Counted from the stretch's first letter, positions 1 to 9,893 are shown. The stretch: DNA of 64,000 bases from Gammaproteobacteria bacterium (GCA_021648145.1 JAKITI010000002.1:135888-199887); one strand, 5' to 3'. The notes: a model not told the origin generated them from the sequence alone. Translations and numbers: made by a program.

Positions 1-3000
1 AGGCTGGATGGGGGCGAATGATGCCAGTGTTGAAAATGATTGGCGTTGGGTTACTGGCCCTGAAGCGGGTACTGCATTTTGGAGCGGTGTCGCAAACGGC
101 AGTTCGGTGGGTGGGATGTATAATAATTGGAGTTCTGGTGAACCTAACCAGTGGGGTGGTGATGAAGATTATGCCCACTTTTTGAATGGGGGGGCTTGGA
201 ATGATTATCCCCTTTCTTTGTCTAGCATTTCTGGTTATGTCGTTGAATACGGCGGTATGGCAGGTGATCCAACCCTACAAATCACGGGTAACAAAAACGT
301 TAATGTAACGGCCCAAAATGACGCGCCTAGTTTTAGTGCCGGGGCAACATTGGCTGCGGTTAATGAAGATACCCTCTCACCTGTCGGGGCGACGGTGACT
401 GCTTTGCTTAATGGTAATTTTAATGATGTGGATAGTAGTAGCAATTTATCCGGCATCGCGGTGGCAGCGGATACTTCAGTCAGCGGTGTTCAAGGGGATT
501 GGGAATATTCCACTGACAGCGGCAGTAATTGGTTTGATATGGGGTCTGTTTCCACCGCTTCAGCGTTGTTGCTAAACAACAGTACGTTGCTACGTTTTAA
601 ACCTTTTTCAAACTACAGTGGAACACCAGGTTCGTTAACGGTTTTTGCTGTCGACGAGTCGGGCAGTACGACCTATACCAGCAGCGCGACGCGACAGGCT
701 TTTGATACCACCAGTGATGATACCGCGTCACAAATTGCGGCATCTGGTGTTGCGATTGGAACCAGTGTCACAGCCGTCAATGATGCACCTATCTTAACTG
801 CCTTTTCTGCGGTGATTGATAGCACCAATGAAGACACTGAAGTTGAACTTACTCTGGCGGAGTTGCAAGCCCAAGGTGATGAAACCGACAGTGAAGATGG
901 CACCGTGAGCCGATTTGTTATCAAATCCGTTAGTACGGGCAGTTTAAAGATTGGCACCTCTGCCGGAACAGCCACCACTTTTGCCGCAACGAGCAACGAC
1001 ACAATTGATGCTTCGAATAATGCCTATTGGACACCTGTAAGCAATGCCAATGGCAGTTTGAATGCCTTTGCTGCGGTGGTGAAAGATAGCAGCAACGCCG
1101 AGTCTATATCAGCCGTGCAAGCACTGATTATGGTGACAGCCACCAATGATACACCGACCTTAACTGTCTTTTCTGCGGCGATTGATAGCACCAATGAAGA
1201 CACTGAAGTTGAGCTTACCCTAGCGGAGCTGCAAGCCCAAGGCGATGAAGCCGACAGTGAAGATGGCACAGTAAGCCGATTTGTTATCAAATCCGTTAGC
1301 ACGGGCAGTTTAAAAATTGGCGCTTCTGCCGGAACAGCGATGCCTTTTGCTGCGACAAGCAACGACACAATTGATGCTTCGAATAATGCCTATTGGACCC
1401 CCGCAAATGATGCCAACGGCAGCTTGAGTGCCTTTACTGTGGCGGCGGAAGATAGCAGCAACACTGAGTCTATCTCAGCCGTGCAAGCGCTGATTATGGT
1501 GACAGCGGTGAATGATATACCGACCTTAACTGCTTTTTCCTCAGTGATTGATAGCAGTGTTGGCGGTGCTGAAGTTGAACTTACTTTGGCTGAGTTCCAA
1601 GCCCAGGGTGATGAAGCCGATATCGAAGATGGCACGATCAGTCGTTTTGTTATCAAAGCGGTCAGCAGCGGTAGCTTGAAGATTGGTACCTCACCTGGCA
1701 CAGCCAGTGTTTTTGCTACCAGCAGCAACGATACCGTGAATGCGACGAACAATGCTTACTGGACTCCAGCTAATAATGCCAGTGGTGAAGTGAATGCTTT
1801 TACCGTTGTTGCTCAAGATAGCGATAGCGCGGAATCAATTTCAGCCATTCAAGCCAGGGTGAGCGTCAGCTCTTTGCCCTTAGTGGTTTATGATTTTGAA
1901 GATAATGTGAATGATGCCAGTGGCAATGGCAATCACGGTGTTTTGCAAGACACAATTACCTACGACAGTGCGGGACACAGTGGCAAGGCATTGAGCTTGT
2001 CTGGCAGTGGTTATGTCAAGTTGCCTGATGACCTACTTAGGAATAACCAGGATTTTACGGTATCGCTTTGGTTTAAAACGACCTCAACAGGCGGCATTCT
2101 GGGCTATCAAAATAAGGTTGTCGGTGCCACCGCAACATACTGGGTTCCGATCATTTCTATTAATACTCTTGGCAAATTACAAGCGGAGTTGTGGATAGGA
2201 AGCTCAATGCTTATTACGTCAACAAATGCAGTTAATGATGGCCAATGGCATCGAGTTGTGATGACGGCAGACACGACTAATAATATATTGAGTGTTTATT
2301 TGGATGGTGTGGCTATCGGTTCTGCAACAGGTACCATTCAGCACCTCGATATGAGCTTTAATCAACTGGGTTTAAATGACGCTAGAGGTCGTGTCGGCAT
2401 AGATTTACCTAATACAGAAACAAATTATTTTACGGGTCTTTTGGATGAATTTACTTTCTACTCCAATGCCTTATCAGCCGTTGAAGTTGCTAAAACTTCG
2501 CAATCGATATCTTTTCCGGCAATAGCTGACCAGCTTTTAAGTCAGGCAACGCTTAACCTTGCAGCAACGGCATCATCGGCTTTGGGCGTAACTTATACCA
2601 GTACGACGGTTTCTGTATGTACAGTGGCGGCGAGTACCGTCACCTTGCTGTCTACAGGTACGTGTACGATACAGGCTAACCAAGCAGGTGATACCACCTA
2701 TAGTTCTGCCGCTCAGATCACGCGGAGCTTTGATGTAGTTGATAATTTTCCGCCCGTATTGACAATGAGTGGTGGAAATACAGTTTTTGTGGAGGACGGT
2801 GTCGCTGTTGCAATTGATCCCTCGTTGACCATAGTCGAGCCTAGTGCGGGTGCTATCAGTGGCGCTACTGTGGCGATTACAGCGGGCTATGTGAGCACTG
2901 AGGATCAGTTGGTTTATTCGGCAGTAGCGGGAGCGGTGATCAGTGGCAGCTTTAATTCGACGACGGGCATATTGACCCTGACGGGGAGTGCCACGCCTGA

Positions 3001-6000
3001 TGATTATCAAGCGGCCTTGCGCGCGGTTCAATACCAGAATATCAACACAGCAAACCCCGATACTGGAGCACGGACAATTCGCTATGCCCTAGGCAGCTCC
3101 TTGTCATTTGCGGAGAATGGTCATTTTTACGAATTTGTGACCGCCTCGGGCATCTCCTGGACAGCAGCTAAGGATGCGGCAGCGGCCAGAACCTTATTTG
3201 GTTTGCAAGGGTATTTAACAACTGTGACTTCAGCAAATGAGAATGCTTTTATTGCTTCTAAATTGGCTGGACAAGGCTGGATGGGAGCGAGTGATGCAGC
3301 AGTTGAAGGTGATTGGCGCTGGGTCACTGGCCCTGAGACAGGCACGGCATTTTGGAGTGGTCTTGGCAATGGCAGTTCAGTTGGCAGTGAATATGAGAAT
3401 TGGGGTGGGGTCGAACCTAACAATGCGGGTGGTGAAGATTATGCCCATTTTTTAAGTGGGGCTACCTGGAATGATTACCCTCATCAACTGGGGAATATTT
3501 CTGGCTACGTTGTTGAATATGGTGGTATGGCAGGTGATCCGGCACTGCAAATCACGGGCAATAAAACCGTTAATGTAACGGCTCAAAATGATGCGCCTGA
3601 AATTACCAGCGATGGCGGAGGTGTAACGGCTGCACTGAATGCGCTGGAGAACCAAACCGCAGTGACAACGTTGACGAGTACGGATGCTGAAAATCACACG
3701 GTGACTTACAGCCTGACGGGCGGGGCGGATCAGGCGAGTTTTAGTCTCGTTAATGGTGTACTGTCTTTTCTGACTTCCTCTGATTTTGAAGCGCCTACCG
3801 ACAGCGATGTCAACAATAGCTATGTTGTTGAAGTGACGGCGACTGATAATGGCTCCGGAGCATTGACTGACACACAAACGCTGACTGTTAGCGTGACGAA
3901 TGTTAACGAATTTCCTATTGCGGGTGCGGTGACGGCGAATAACGTGAGCCAAAATGATAAGGGGAATACTTCGTACACCTTTACCGTGGCTTATTCGGAC
4001 GTGGACGGTAATTTCGACAGTGCGACAGTTGATACGGCTGATGTCACGGTCAGTGGCGGAGCCTCGGTCTCTGGTGCGAGCTGGGGTGGTAATGGTTCTA
4101 CTGGCATAGCCACCTACACTGTAACGCCGCCAGGGGGGAGCTGGGATGATTCGGATAATGGCACTTACACTATTGCGATTCTTGCTAACCAAGTGACAGA
4201 TACAAATACGGGTTTTGTCGCGGCTAACGCCAGTGCCGCCAGTTTTACGGTATTGATGGATTCAACTGGCCCCACGGTGACAGCGGTGACTTTACCTAAC
4301 AGTGCCATGAAGGTGGGCGATGTGGTTGTGGTGAGTATCACTGCCAGCGAAGCGGGATCAACTTTGTTGTCTGGACTAGTGAATGGTGTTGCCGTAACAG
4401 GTTTTATGGATAACGGTGGCGGAAGCTATAGCGCGACTTACACCATTTTAGATGGCCACAGTGATCGTGCGGCGGGTGATGCGATTCCGGTTTCCTTCCA
4501 ACTGCAAGACAGTGCAGGCAACGTCGGTAATACCTACACCAATGCCATTGTGCAAACTGCTGATGCGATTGACGCTAATAATCCCAACGGTGCAACAGGG
4601 GCGTTAGCCGTGAATGAAAACGCCAGTAATGGCACAACGGTGGGCACTGTTTTAGCCACAGGGGCAAGTATCTACAGCTTGGTGGATGATGCTGGCGGTC
4701 GTTTTGCCATCCATGCCAGCACAGGAGTGGTGACTGTACTTGATGGTAGCTTGTTGGATTACGAAGCGAGTGTCAGTCATAACCTTACGGTGCGTGCTGT
4801 TGATGCTGCAAGCAATGCGATAGATACCGTGTTAACGGTGATGGTGAACCCCGTTAATGAAGCGCCATTAGTGGCGGGCCTTAATGGTGATAACGTGCGC
4901 TTTAATGTCGGTGGAAGTGCTGTGAATCTGGATGATGATCTTGATGCCACACTGACGATGGTGGACTCCATTGACATGGATGGCGGCAACGTGACGGTGG
5001 CTATTGTCGCTAATGCTCAAACGGCTGAAGATGTGCTGCAAGTGGGCGCGGTAGGCAATATTTCCCTCACCAATAGTGATGTTTTTCACAGCGATGGCCT
5101 GATAATTGCGACCGTAGCGGGCGGGACGAATGGTGAAAACTTAGTGTTGACACTTAATGCCAATGCCAGCTTTGATCGTGTTCGAGATCTTGTGTCGGCG
5201 TTGCAGTATGCGGGTTCGGATGACTTAAGTGTTAATACCGCAACACGCACCGTGCGTATTACCTTGGATGATGGTGATGGTGAAAGCTCAACCACGCTTA
5301 ATCAAGAGGTCAGTGTAGTGGTCGTGCGAGCGCCGATTATTGACCTTGATGGTGATGATGGCAGCGGCAATAGCAGCGGTGGTTTCAATGCTAGTTTTAC
5401 TGAAGGTGGCGGTGTTGTGGCCTTGGCAGACAGTGATGATTCAGTGGCCGAAGCGAACGATACGGTGATCACGGATGATGGCAACTTTAAATCTCTGAGC
5501 GTGGTATTGGACAACCGCCCCGATGGCAATGCTGAAGGGCTGAGTTCAAGTTATGGTACGGGTGTGCAGGAGGTTAACGGTGAATCGGTGACGATTTCTG
5601 CCTACGACAGCGCGACGGGTGAGTTGTTGATGACTGTGGACGATAACGCTGCCACGGCGGAGACGATGGAGTTGTTGATCGAATCGCTGCGCTACGATAG
5701 TAACTCTCAAACCCCTGATACCACAGAGCGTTTGATTCGTTTTATCGCCACTGATGATGACGATAATGTGGGGCTTGCTGTGACGGCTTCATTGGTTATC
5801 GTGGCCGTCAATGACGCACCGACAGGCAGTGTGAGCGTGACGGGTGCATTGATTGAAGGCCAGACCTTGGTATCTGATATCTCTACGGTCGTTGATTTAG
5901 ATGGTTTGCTTGCGTTTAGTTATCAATGGCAGCGTGATGGTGTTGATATTAGCGGTGCGACAGGCGCAAGTTATCTGCTGATGGCGGCTGATGTGGGTGG

Positions 6001-8530
6001 TGTGATGACACTTGTCGTGAGCTACACCGACGCGGGCGGTTACACAGAGTCGCTGAATAGTGTGGCCAGCGCTGTTGTTGATGGTGATTTAGATGGTGAC
6101 GGACTGGGTGATTTGACTGATACGGATATTGATGGTGATGGCTTGTCCAATGCCTATGAAGTAGCTAATGGCTTGGATAGTCGTGATAGCTCAGACCGTG
6201 ATGCAGATACCGATAATGATGGCGTGAGTAATTACGATGAGTTTGTTGCCGGTACGGATGCCAGTGCCGATGACAATCCACCCACGCTGTCTGCTCCCGC
6301 AGATATCACGTTAAATGCAATGGGTCTGTACACCGCTGTTGATTTAGGTGGTGCCTCAGCATCCGATGCGACCGACGGTGAATTGACGGCACGCATTACG
6401 CATCTGAATGGTGAGGCCGTATTGGTGACACCAACACACTTTAGCCCAGGGGCTCATGTGATTACTTGGACGGCGAGTGATGAGGCAGGCAACAGTGTGT
6501 CGGCCACACAAAATGTGAACGTGGTGCCATTGGTTGAGTTGAGTAAAAACCAAATCACTACAGAAGGCGCAACGGCTCGTTTCAAAGTGGTTCTCAACGG
6601 TTCAGCAGTGGACTATCCGGTCATCGTGCCCTATAGCGTCTCTGGCACAGCCGCGACAGATGGCTCTGATCATGACTTGGTGGATGGCAGTGTCACGATT
6701 AATAGCCCTGACTTAGAGGCGACGGTTTCATTTGCACTGGTTGATGATGGCGCAGGCGAAGGCATGGAGACCTTGCTTGTCACCATGGGTACACCGAGCA
6801 ATGCGGCGCTGGGATCGAAGGATAGCCATAGCGTTGATATCTACGAGGGCAATGTCGCACCTAGTGTTTTATTGACTGCAGAGCAGGGTTATGGTGTCAC
6901 CCGTCTGGTTGCACAAACTGGTGGTCTTGTGGTCGTGGCAGCAGCGGTGAGCGATGCCAATGTCGATGACCTGCATGGCTACGACTGGTCGGCGACAGAC
7001 AACGTTTTGGTGGATACTGATAGTGATGATGCAATGTTCAGTTTTGATCCGGCAAGTTTGGCCACGGGTGTCTACACACTCAAGGTTGTTGTCAACGATG
7101 GCCTGAATACTGTGGCGACACGACTGGAGTTGAAAGTTGTTGCCTCACTGCCTGCTCTGAGCGTTATCGATAGTGACGGTGATGGGGTTGACGATGCCAC
7201 GGAAGGTTATGGCGATACCGACGGTGATGGTGTGCCGAACTATCTTGATAACAGTAATATTGCTAAAAATGTTGCACAACAGCTTGTCGGAGACATCGAA
7301 ATGTTCTTGATGGAAACGGAATCTGACTTAGTGTTAAGCCTGGGGTCAATCGCCTTTAGTTCAGGGAGCAGCCAGATTGGGGTGAGTGACAGTGAGATTG
7401 AGCAATACGGTAACGATGGTGTGGGTGGTGTTGTTGATGAACACCATGACTTTAACAGCGGTTTGTTTGATTTCAATATTGAAGCGTTGCCTGTGCCGGG
7501 TCAAAGCGTCAGCGTGGTTGTAGTGCAATACGCGCCGATTCCGGCCAGTGCGGTTTATCGTAAGCTGATGCCTTCAGGCTGGCAGGACTTTGTTGAAAAT
7601 AGTCGTAACCATATCTCTTCTACGCAAGGCGTTGAGGGTTATTGCCCTCCACCAGGCGATAGCCGCTTTAGCCCAGGTTTGACTCAAGGGCACTGGTGTG
7701 TGCAATTGACGATTGAAGACGGTGGTCCGAACGATGCTGATGGTTTGGCTAATCAGACCGTCAAAGACCCTGGTGGTGTCGCAGTGCTGTCTTCAACGCC
7801 GATCACAGTGAAGGTGACGGGCAGTGGTGGTGGCAGCGTTTCACTGTGGACTTTGTTTCTGATGGGCTTGGTTGTGGTGGTGACTCGTCTGAGCGGTCGA
7901 GGTCGTCGCCTGGTACTGGCCATATGCTGCGCGGTAAGTGGCCTGGGTGTGGCTAACGCTCAGTCACCGCTTAAACCTGACTATATTGGGATTAGCTATT
8001 TATCTGCAACAAGCGATGAACGTGCCAGTGATTTTCAGTCAGATATTGATGCCCTGGGGCTGACGGCAAGCGTGACGCAAACGGATCTTTCACGTTCGGC
8101 TTGGTCGGGGCACATCGGATATCAAATCGAGAAGCCGCTTGCGTTGGAAATTGGCTATGTAGACTTGGGGAAGAGTAGCACCTCTCTCAACGGTCTGGCA
8201 GCCGATGTTGATCACTTTATAACGAGTGTCGAGGCAGTTTATCCCGTCACGGGTTCCGGGTTTACTTTTAATTTTGTAGGCCGTATCGCGCTGAGTAATA
8301 AAGTTGATGCCTGGGCTAACTTCGGCGTTTTTCTCTGGCAAGCAGAATACGATTTAAGCAGTGAAACGGTCTCGAAAACCTTCAAAGAGCGTGGCTTTAA
8401 TAATACGCTCGGCTTTGGTTTGGAAATGGATGTGGTTGCCCAAGTTCCAATTAGACTTGGTTGGACGATGTATCGCTTGGGCGGCGTTGACGTGAGTGCG
8501 TGGACGCTCGGGGCAGGGTTTCGGTTTTAG
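1..8530 (+). CDS. giant multidomain surface adhesin, 5' end outside window (in-window translation 2840 aa; frame continues from nt 2)
   Basis: Uninterrupted ORF to 8530. The window opens inside a C-type lectin domain (GWMGANDASVENDWRWVTGP...NDYP) that recurs almost intact around nt 3280-3560. In between: three near-identical 120-aa cadherin/Big-like repeats, a LamG/ConA-like module (LWFKTTSTGG...QWHRVV), cadherin repeats (AQNDAPEIT...VTNVNEFP), TSP3 Ca-binding repeats (DGDLDGDGLGDLTDTDIDGDGLSN...DTDNDGVSNYDE), a HYR-like and a Calx-beta-like module, a C-terminal IEDGGPNDADGLANQTVKDPGG motif, and a Gly-rich/TM/RGRR tail. Confidence 0.85.
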   Translation, partial: GWMGANDASVENDWRWVTGPEAGTAFWSGVANGSSVGGMYNNWSSGEPNQWGGDEDYAHFLNGGAWNDYPLSLSSISGYVVEYGGMAGDPTLQITGNKNVNVTAQNDAPSFSAGATLAAVNEDTLSPVGATVTALLNGNFNDVDSSSNLSGIAVAADTSVSGVQGDWEYSTDSGSNWFDMGSVSTASALLLNNSTLLRFKPFSNYSGTPGSLTVFAVDESGSTTYTSSATRQAFDTTSDDTASQIAASGVAIGTSVTAVNDAPILTAFSAVIDSTNEDTEVELTLAELQAQGDETDSEDGTVSRFVIKSVSTGSLKIGTSAGTATTFAATSNDTIDASNNAYWTPVSNANGSLNAFAAVVKDSSNAESISAVQALIMVTATNDTPTLTVFSAAIDSTNEDTEVELTLAELQAQGDEADSEDGTVSRFVIKSVSTGSLKIGASAGTAMPFAATSNDTIDASNNAYWTPANDANGSLSAFTVAAEDSSNTESISAVQALIMVTAVNDIPTLTAFSSVIDSSVGGAEVELTLAEFQAQGDEADIEDGTISRFVIKAVSSGSLKIGTSPGTASVFATSSNDTVNATNNAYWTPANNASGEVNAFTVVAQDSDSAESISAIQARVSVSSLPLVVYDFEDNVNDASGNGNHGVLQDTITYDSAGHSGKALSLSGSGYVKLPDDLLRNNQDFTVSLWFKTTSTGGILGYQNKVVGATATYWVPIISINTLGKLQAELWIGSSMLITSTNAVNDGQWHRVVMTADTTNNILSVYLDGVAIGSATGTIQHLDMSFNQLGLNDARGRVGIDLPNTETNYFTGLLDEFTFYSNALSAVEVAKTSQSISFPAIADQLLSQATLNLAATASSALGVTYTSTTVSVCTVAASTVTLLSTGTCTIQANQAGDTTYSSAAQITRSFDVVDNFPPVLTMSGGNTVFVEDGVAVAIDPSLTIVEPSAGAISGATVAITAGYVSTEDQLVYSAVAGAVISGSFNSTTGILTLTGSATPDDYQAALRAVQYQNINTANPDTGARTIRYALGSSLSFAENGHFYEFVTASGISWTAAKDAAAARTLFGLQGYLTTVTSANENAFIASKLAGQGWMGASDAAVEGDWRWVTGPETGTAFWSGLGNGSSVGSEYENWGGVEPNNAGGEDYAHFLSGATWNDYPHQLGNISGYVVEYGGMAGDPALQITGNKTVNVTAQNDAPEITSDGGGVTAALNALENQTAVTTLTSTDAENHTVTYSLTGGADQASFSLVNGVLSFLTSSDFEAPTDSDVNNSYVVEVTATDNGSGALTDTQTLTVSVTNVNEFPIAGAVTANNVSQNDKGNTSYTFTVAYSDVDGNFDSATVDTADVTVSGGASVSGASWGGNGSTGIATYTVTPPGGSWDDSDNGTYTIAILANQVTDTNTGFVAANASAASFTVLMDSTGPTVTAVTLPNSAMKVGDVVVVSITASEAGSTLLSGLVNGVAVTGFMDNGGGSYSATYTILDGHSDRAAGDAIPVSFQLQDSAGNVGNTYTNAIVQTADAIDANNPNGATGALAVNENASNGTTVGTVLATGASIYSLVDDAGGRFAIHASTGVVTVLDGSLLDYEASVSHNLTVRAVDAASNAIDTVLTVMVNPVNEAPLVAGLNGDNVRFNVGGSAVNLDDDLDATLTMVDSIDMDGGNVTVAIVANAQTAEDVLQVGAVGNISLTNSDVFHSDGLIIATVAGGTNGENLVLTLNANASFDRVRDLVSALQYAGSDDLSVNTATRTVRITLDDGDGESSTTLNQEVSVVVVRAPIIDLDGDDGSGNSSGGFNASFTEGGGVVALADSDDSVAEANDTVITDDGNFKSLSVVLDNRPDGNAEGLSSSYGTGVQEVNGESVTISAYDSATGELLMTVDDNAATAETMELLIESLRYDSNSQTPDTTERLIRFIATDDDDNVGLAVTASLVIVAVNDAPTGSVSVTGALIEGQTLVSDISTVVDLDGLLAFSYQWQRDGVDISGATGASYLLMAADVGGVMTLVVSYTDAGGYTESLNSVASAVVDGDLDGDGLGDLTDTDIDGDGLSNAYEVANGLDSRDSSDRDADTDNDGVSNYDEFVAGTDASADDNPPTLSAPADITLNAMGLYTAVDLGGASASDATDGELTARITHLNGEAVLVTPTHFSPGAHVITWTASDEAGNSVSATQNVNVVPLVELSKNQITTEGATARFKVVLNGSAVDYPVIVPYSVSGTAATDGSDHDLVDGSVTINSPDLEATVSFALVDDGAGEGMETLLVTMGTPSNAALGSKDSHSVDIYEGNVAPSVLLTAEQGYGVTRLVAQTGGLVVVAAAVSDANVDDLHGYDWSATDNVLVDTDSDDAMFSFDPASLATGVYTLKVVVNDGLNTVATRLELKVVASLPALSVIDSDGDGVDDATEGYGDTDGDGVPNYLDNSNIAKNVAQQLVGDIEMFLMETESDLVLSLGSIAFSSGSSQIGVSDSEIEQYGNDGVGGVVDEHHDFNSGLFDFNIEALPVPGQSVSVVVVQYAPIPASAVYRKLMPSGWQDFVENSRNHISSTQGVEGYCPPPGDSRFSPGLTQGHWCVQLTIEDGGPNDADGLANQTVKDPGGVAVLSSTPITVKVTGSGGGSVSLWTLFLMGLVVVVTRLSGRGRRLVLAICCAVSGLGVANAQSPLKPDYIGISYLSATSDERASDFQSDIDALGLTASVTQTDLSRSAWSGHIGYQIEKPLALEIGYVDLGKSSTSLNGLAADVDHFITSVEAVYPVTGSGFTFNFVGRIALSNKVDAWANFGVFLWQAEYDLSSETVSKTFKERGFNNTLGFGLEMDVVAQVPIRLGWTMYRLGGVDVSAWTLGAGFRF
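781..1860 (+). repeat. three tandem 360-bp (120-aa) near-identical intragenic repeats inside the adhesin gene
   Basis: The protein block AVNDAPxLTxFSAxIDSTNEDTEVELTLAELQAQGDExDSEDGTVSRFVIKSVSTGSLKIG...SAVQALIMVTA occurs three times. The repeated DNA also generates three paralogous antisense ORFs (673-1002, 1024-1368, 1390-1752). Confidence 0.85.
7826..7909 (+). other. GlyGly-CTERM / PEP-CTERM-like C-terminal sorting signal (Gly-rich, hydrophobic helix, RGRR cluster) inside the adhesin ORF
   Basis: ...TGSGGGSVSLWTLFLMGLVVVVTRLSGRGRR. The tripartite organisation matches rhombosortase/exosortase-type anchors, which normally end the protein. Here no stop codon follows. Confidence 0.5.
7862..8530 (+). 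other. signal peptide plus 8-strand OmpA-like outer-membrane beta-barrel in the adhesin frame (C-terminal fusion or nested gene)
   Basis: In-frame ATG at 7862 and GTG at 7874/7877/7880. (M)TRLSGRGRR-LVLAICCAVSGLGVANA|QSP has n-region, h-region and AXA cleavage site. The next ~185 aa are alternating amphipathic strands (YIGISY, HIGYQI, LEIGYVDLG, FTFNFVGRIAL, FGVFLWQAEY, LGFGLEMDV, IRLGWTMYRL) ending ...WTLGAGFRF, i.e. a terminal aromatic as in OMPs. Confidence 0.4.
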
Positions 8531-8900
8531 AGACAGTGCAACAACGTCTGCAACGGTGACTAACATGACTGGGTTGGGCCAAATACTGGCCCTTACCTTG
8601 GTTAGCTGGGATCAAGAACTGGCATGAAGATAACCACAGCAATTCTCCTCCTTAGTTGAAACCCATAAAACAAAGAATTTCAGGTGCATTCAGAGTAAAA
8701 ACTTCGTAAACTATGTTCTATTCAATGAGCTAAAAAAGGAATTGCCGTGAGGTTTCCTCATCAATTTTTATCGGTGGGTGAACTGTTGTCCTTCGTTCGG
8801 CGGTGCTTGAACCGTGAAACTTAAACCGTGCCAATCGTCTGATCATGGGGTGATTGCATTATGTCTGGACGGGTTATTTTAGGCTTTTGCTGACAAATTT

Positions 8901-9893
8901 ATGAAGTATTTAGTTAGATCAATGATATTGCTTTTAGTTATTTATAATAGCTCGGGCTGGAGTGCGACCATTGATGGGGAGGCCAGAATTATTGGTGGAG
9001 TCACCGCACCTAAAGATTCATGGCCAGCGATGGTCGCACTGCTGGATCGTGAAACTGTTGAAAAAATTGAGTCTGGGTTTGCCGTTGATAAAAATGATCA
9101 GTGGATTCCAATTTATCAAGCGAATTATCAAGCACAACTTTGTGGTGGTTCACTCATAGCTGCTAGGTGGATAGTCACTGCGGCACACTGCCTGTTTGAT
9201 CAAGCGGGAAGTTTACGAGGAGCCGATGCATTTTATGCTTTAGTGGGCACATCAAATTTAACCCAAGGCGGTGAAAGAAGGGTCGTTGCGAATATTTTTA
9301 TCCATCCTGAGTATAATATTGAATCATTCGATTTTGATATCGCATTATTAGAGTTGTCACAGAATGAAAACCCATCAGCAGAGCCAGTTTCACTATACTC
9401 TGGTTCACCAGAACCGGGTCAGAAAGTGATTGTAGCGGGGTGGGGAGTACGATTTTATTCAAGCTCTGGTACACCTTATGATTTGGAAGATGATGTTTTT
9501 GGTGATCGCCCCGCCAAGCTGGAAGAGGTTGAGCTTTCAGTGATTGATAACGTGCAATGCGGTATTATGAATCAGGGAGGCCGTGTGACTGAAAATATGA
9601 TGTGTGCTGGTTTTGTTGAAGGGGGCAAGGATAGTTGTATTGGCGATAGTGGTGGGCCATTAATGGCATGGCAAAGTGGTGAATACCGCCTTGCGGGGGT
9701 GGTGAATTATGGTTATGGGTGTGCGATGCCGGGAAGGTATGGTATTTACATGCGAGTGGAGCGCTTTCAAGATTGGCTGGCTTCATATACTGGTACTGTC
9801 AGGCCAGATAAAAGTGATTCTGAAACAGGTGCTTTTTATGGGTTATTTGTTTTTTTACTTATTTTTCGGTTAATTATATATAGAAGGAAATAA
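8901..9893 (+). CDS. secreted trypsin-like (S1) serine protease with C-terminal hydrophobic/basic anchor (VesB-like)
   Basis: N-terminal signal peptide. IIGG start of mature enzyme; TAAHC (His), DIALLEL (Asp), GDSGGPL (Ser). C-terminus ...SETGAFYGLFVFLLIFRLIIYRRK is a TM helix plus basic cluster, as in GlyGly-CTERM proteases of Vibrio. Confidence 0.85.
   Translation: MKYLVRSMILLLVIYNSSGWSATIDGEARIIGGVTAPKDSWPAMVALLDRETVEKIESGFAVDKNDQWIPIYQANYQAQLCGGSLIAARWIVTAAHCLFDQAGSLRGADAFYALVGTSNLTQGGERRVVANIFIHPEYNIESFDFDIALLELSQNENPSAEPVSLYSGSPEPGQKVIVAGWGVRFYSSSGTPYDLEDDVFGDRPAKLEEVELSVIDNVQCGIMNQGGRVTENMMCAGFVEGGKDSCIGDSGGPLMAWQSGEYRLAGVVNYGYGCAMPGRYGIYMRVERFQDWLASYTGTVRPDKSDSETGAFYGLFVFLLIFRLIIYRRK

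Noticed and set aside
673-1752. Three paralogous antisense ORFs (673-1002, 1024-1368, 1390-1752) and other long minus-strand ORFs inside the adhesin gene (2573-3031, 3452-4192)
   Set aside because: They mirror the sense-strand tandem repeats and the GC-rich codon bias of the adhesin. There are no RBSs or independent signals, and they lie entirely inside a strongly supported 8.5-kb CDS.
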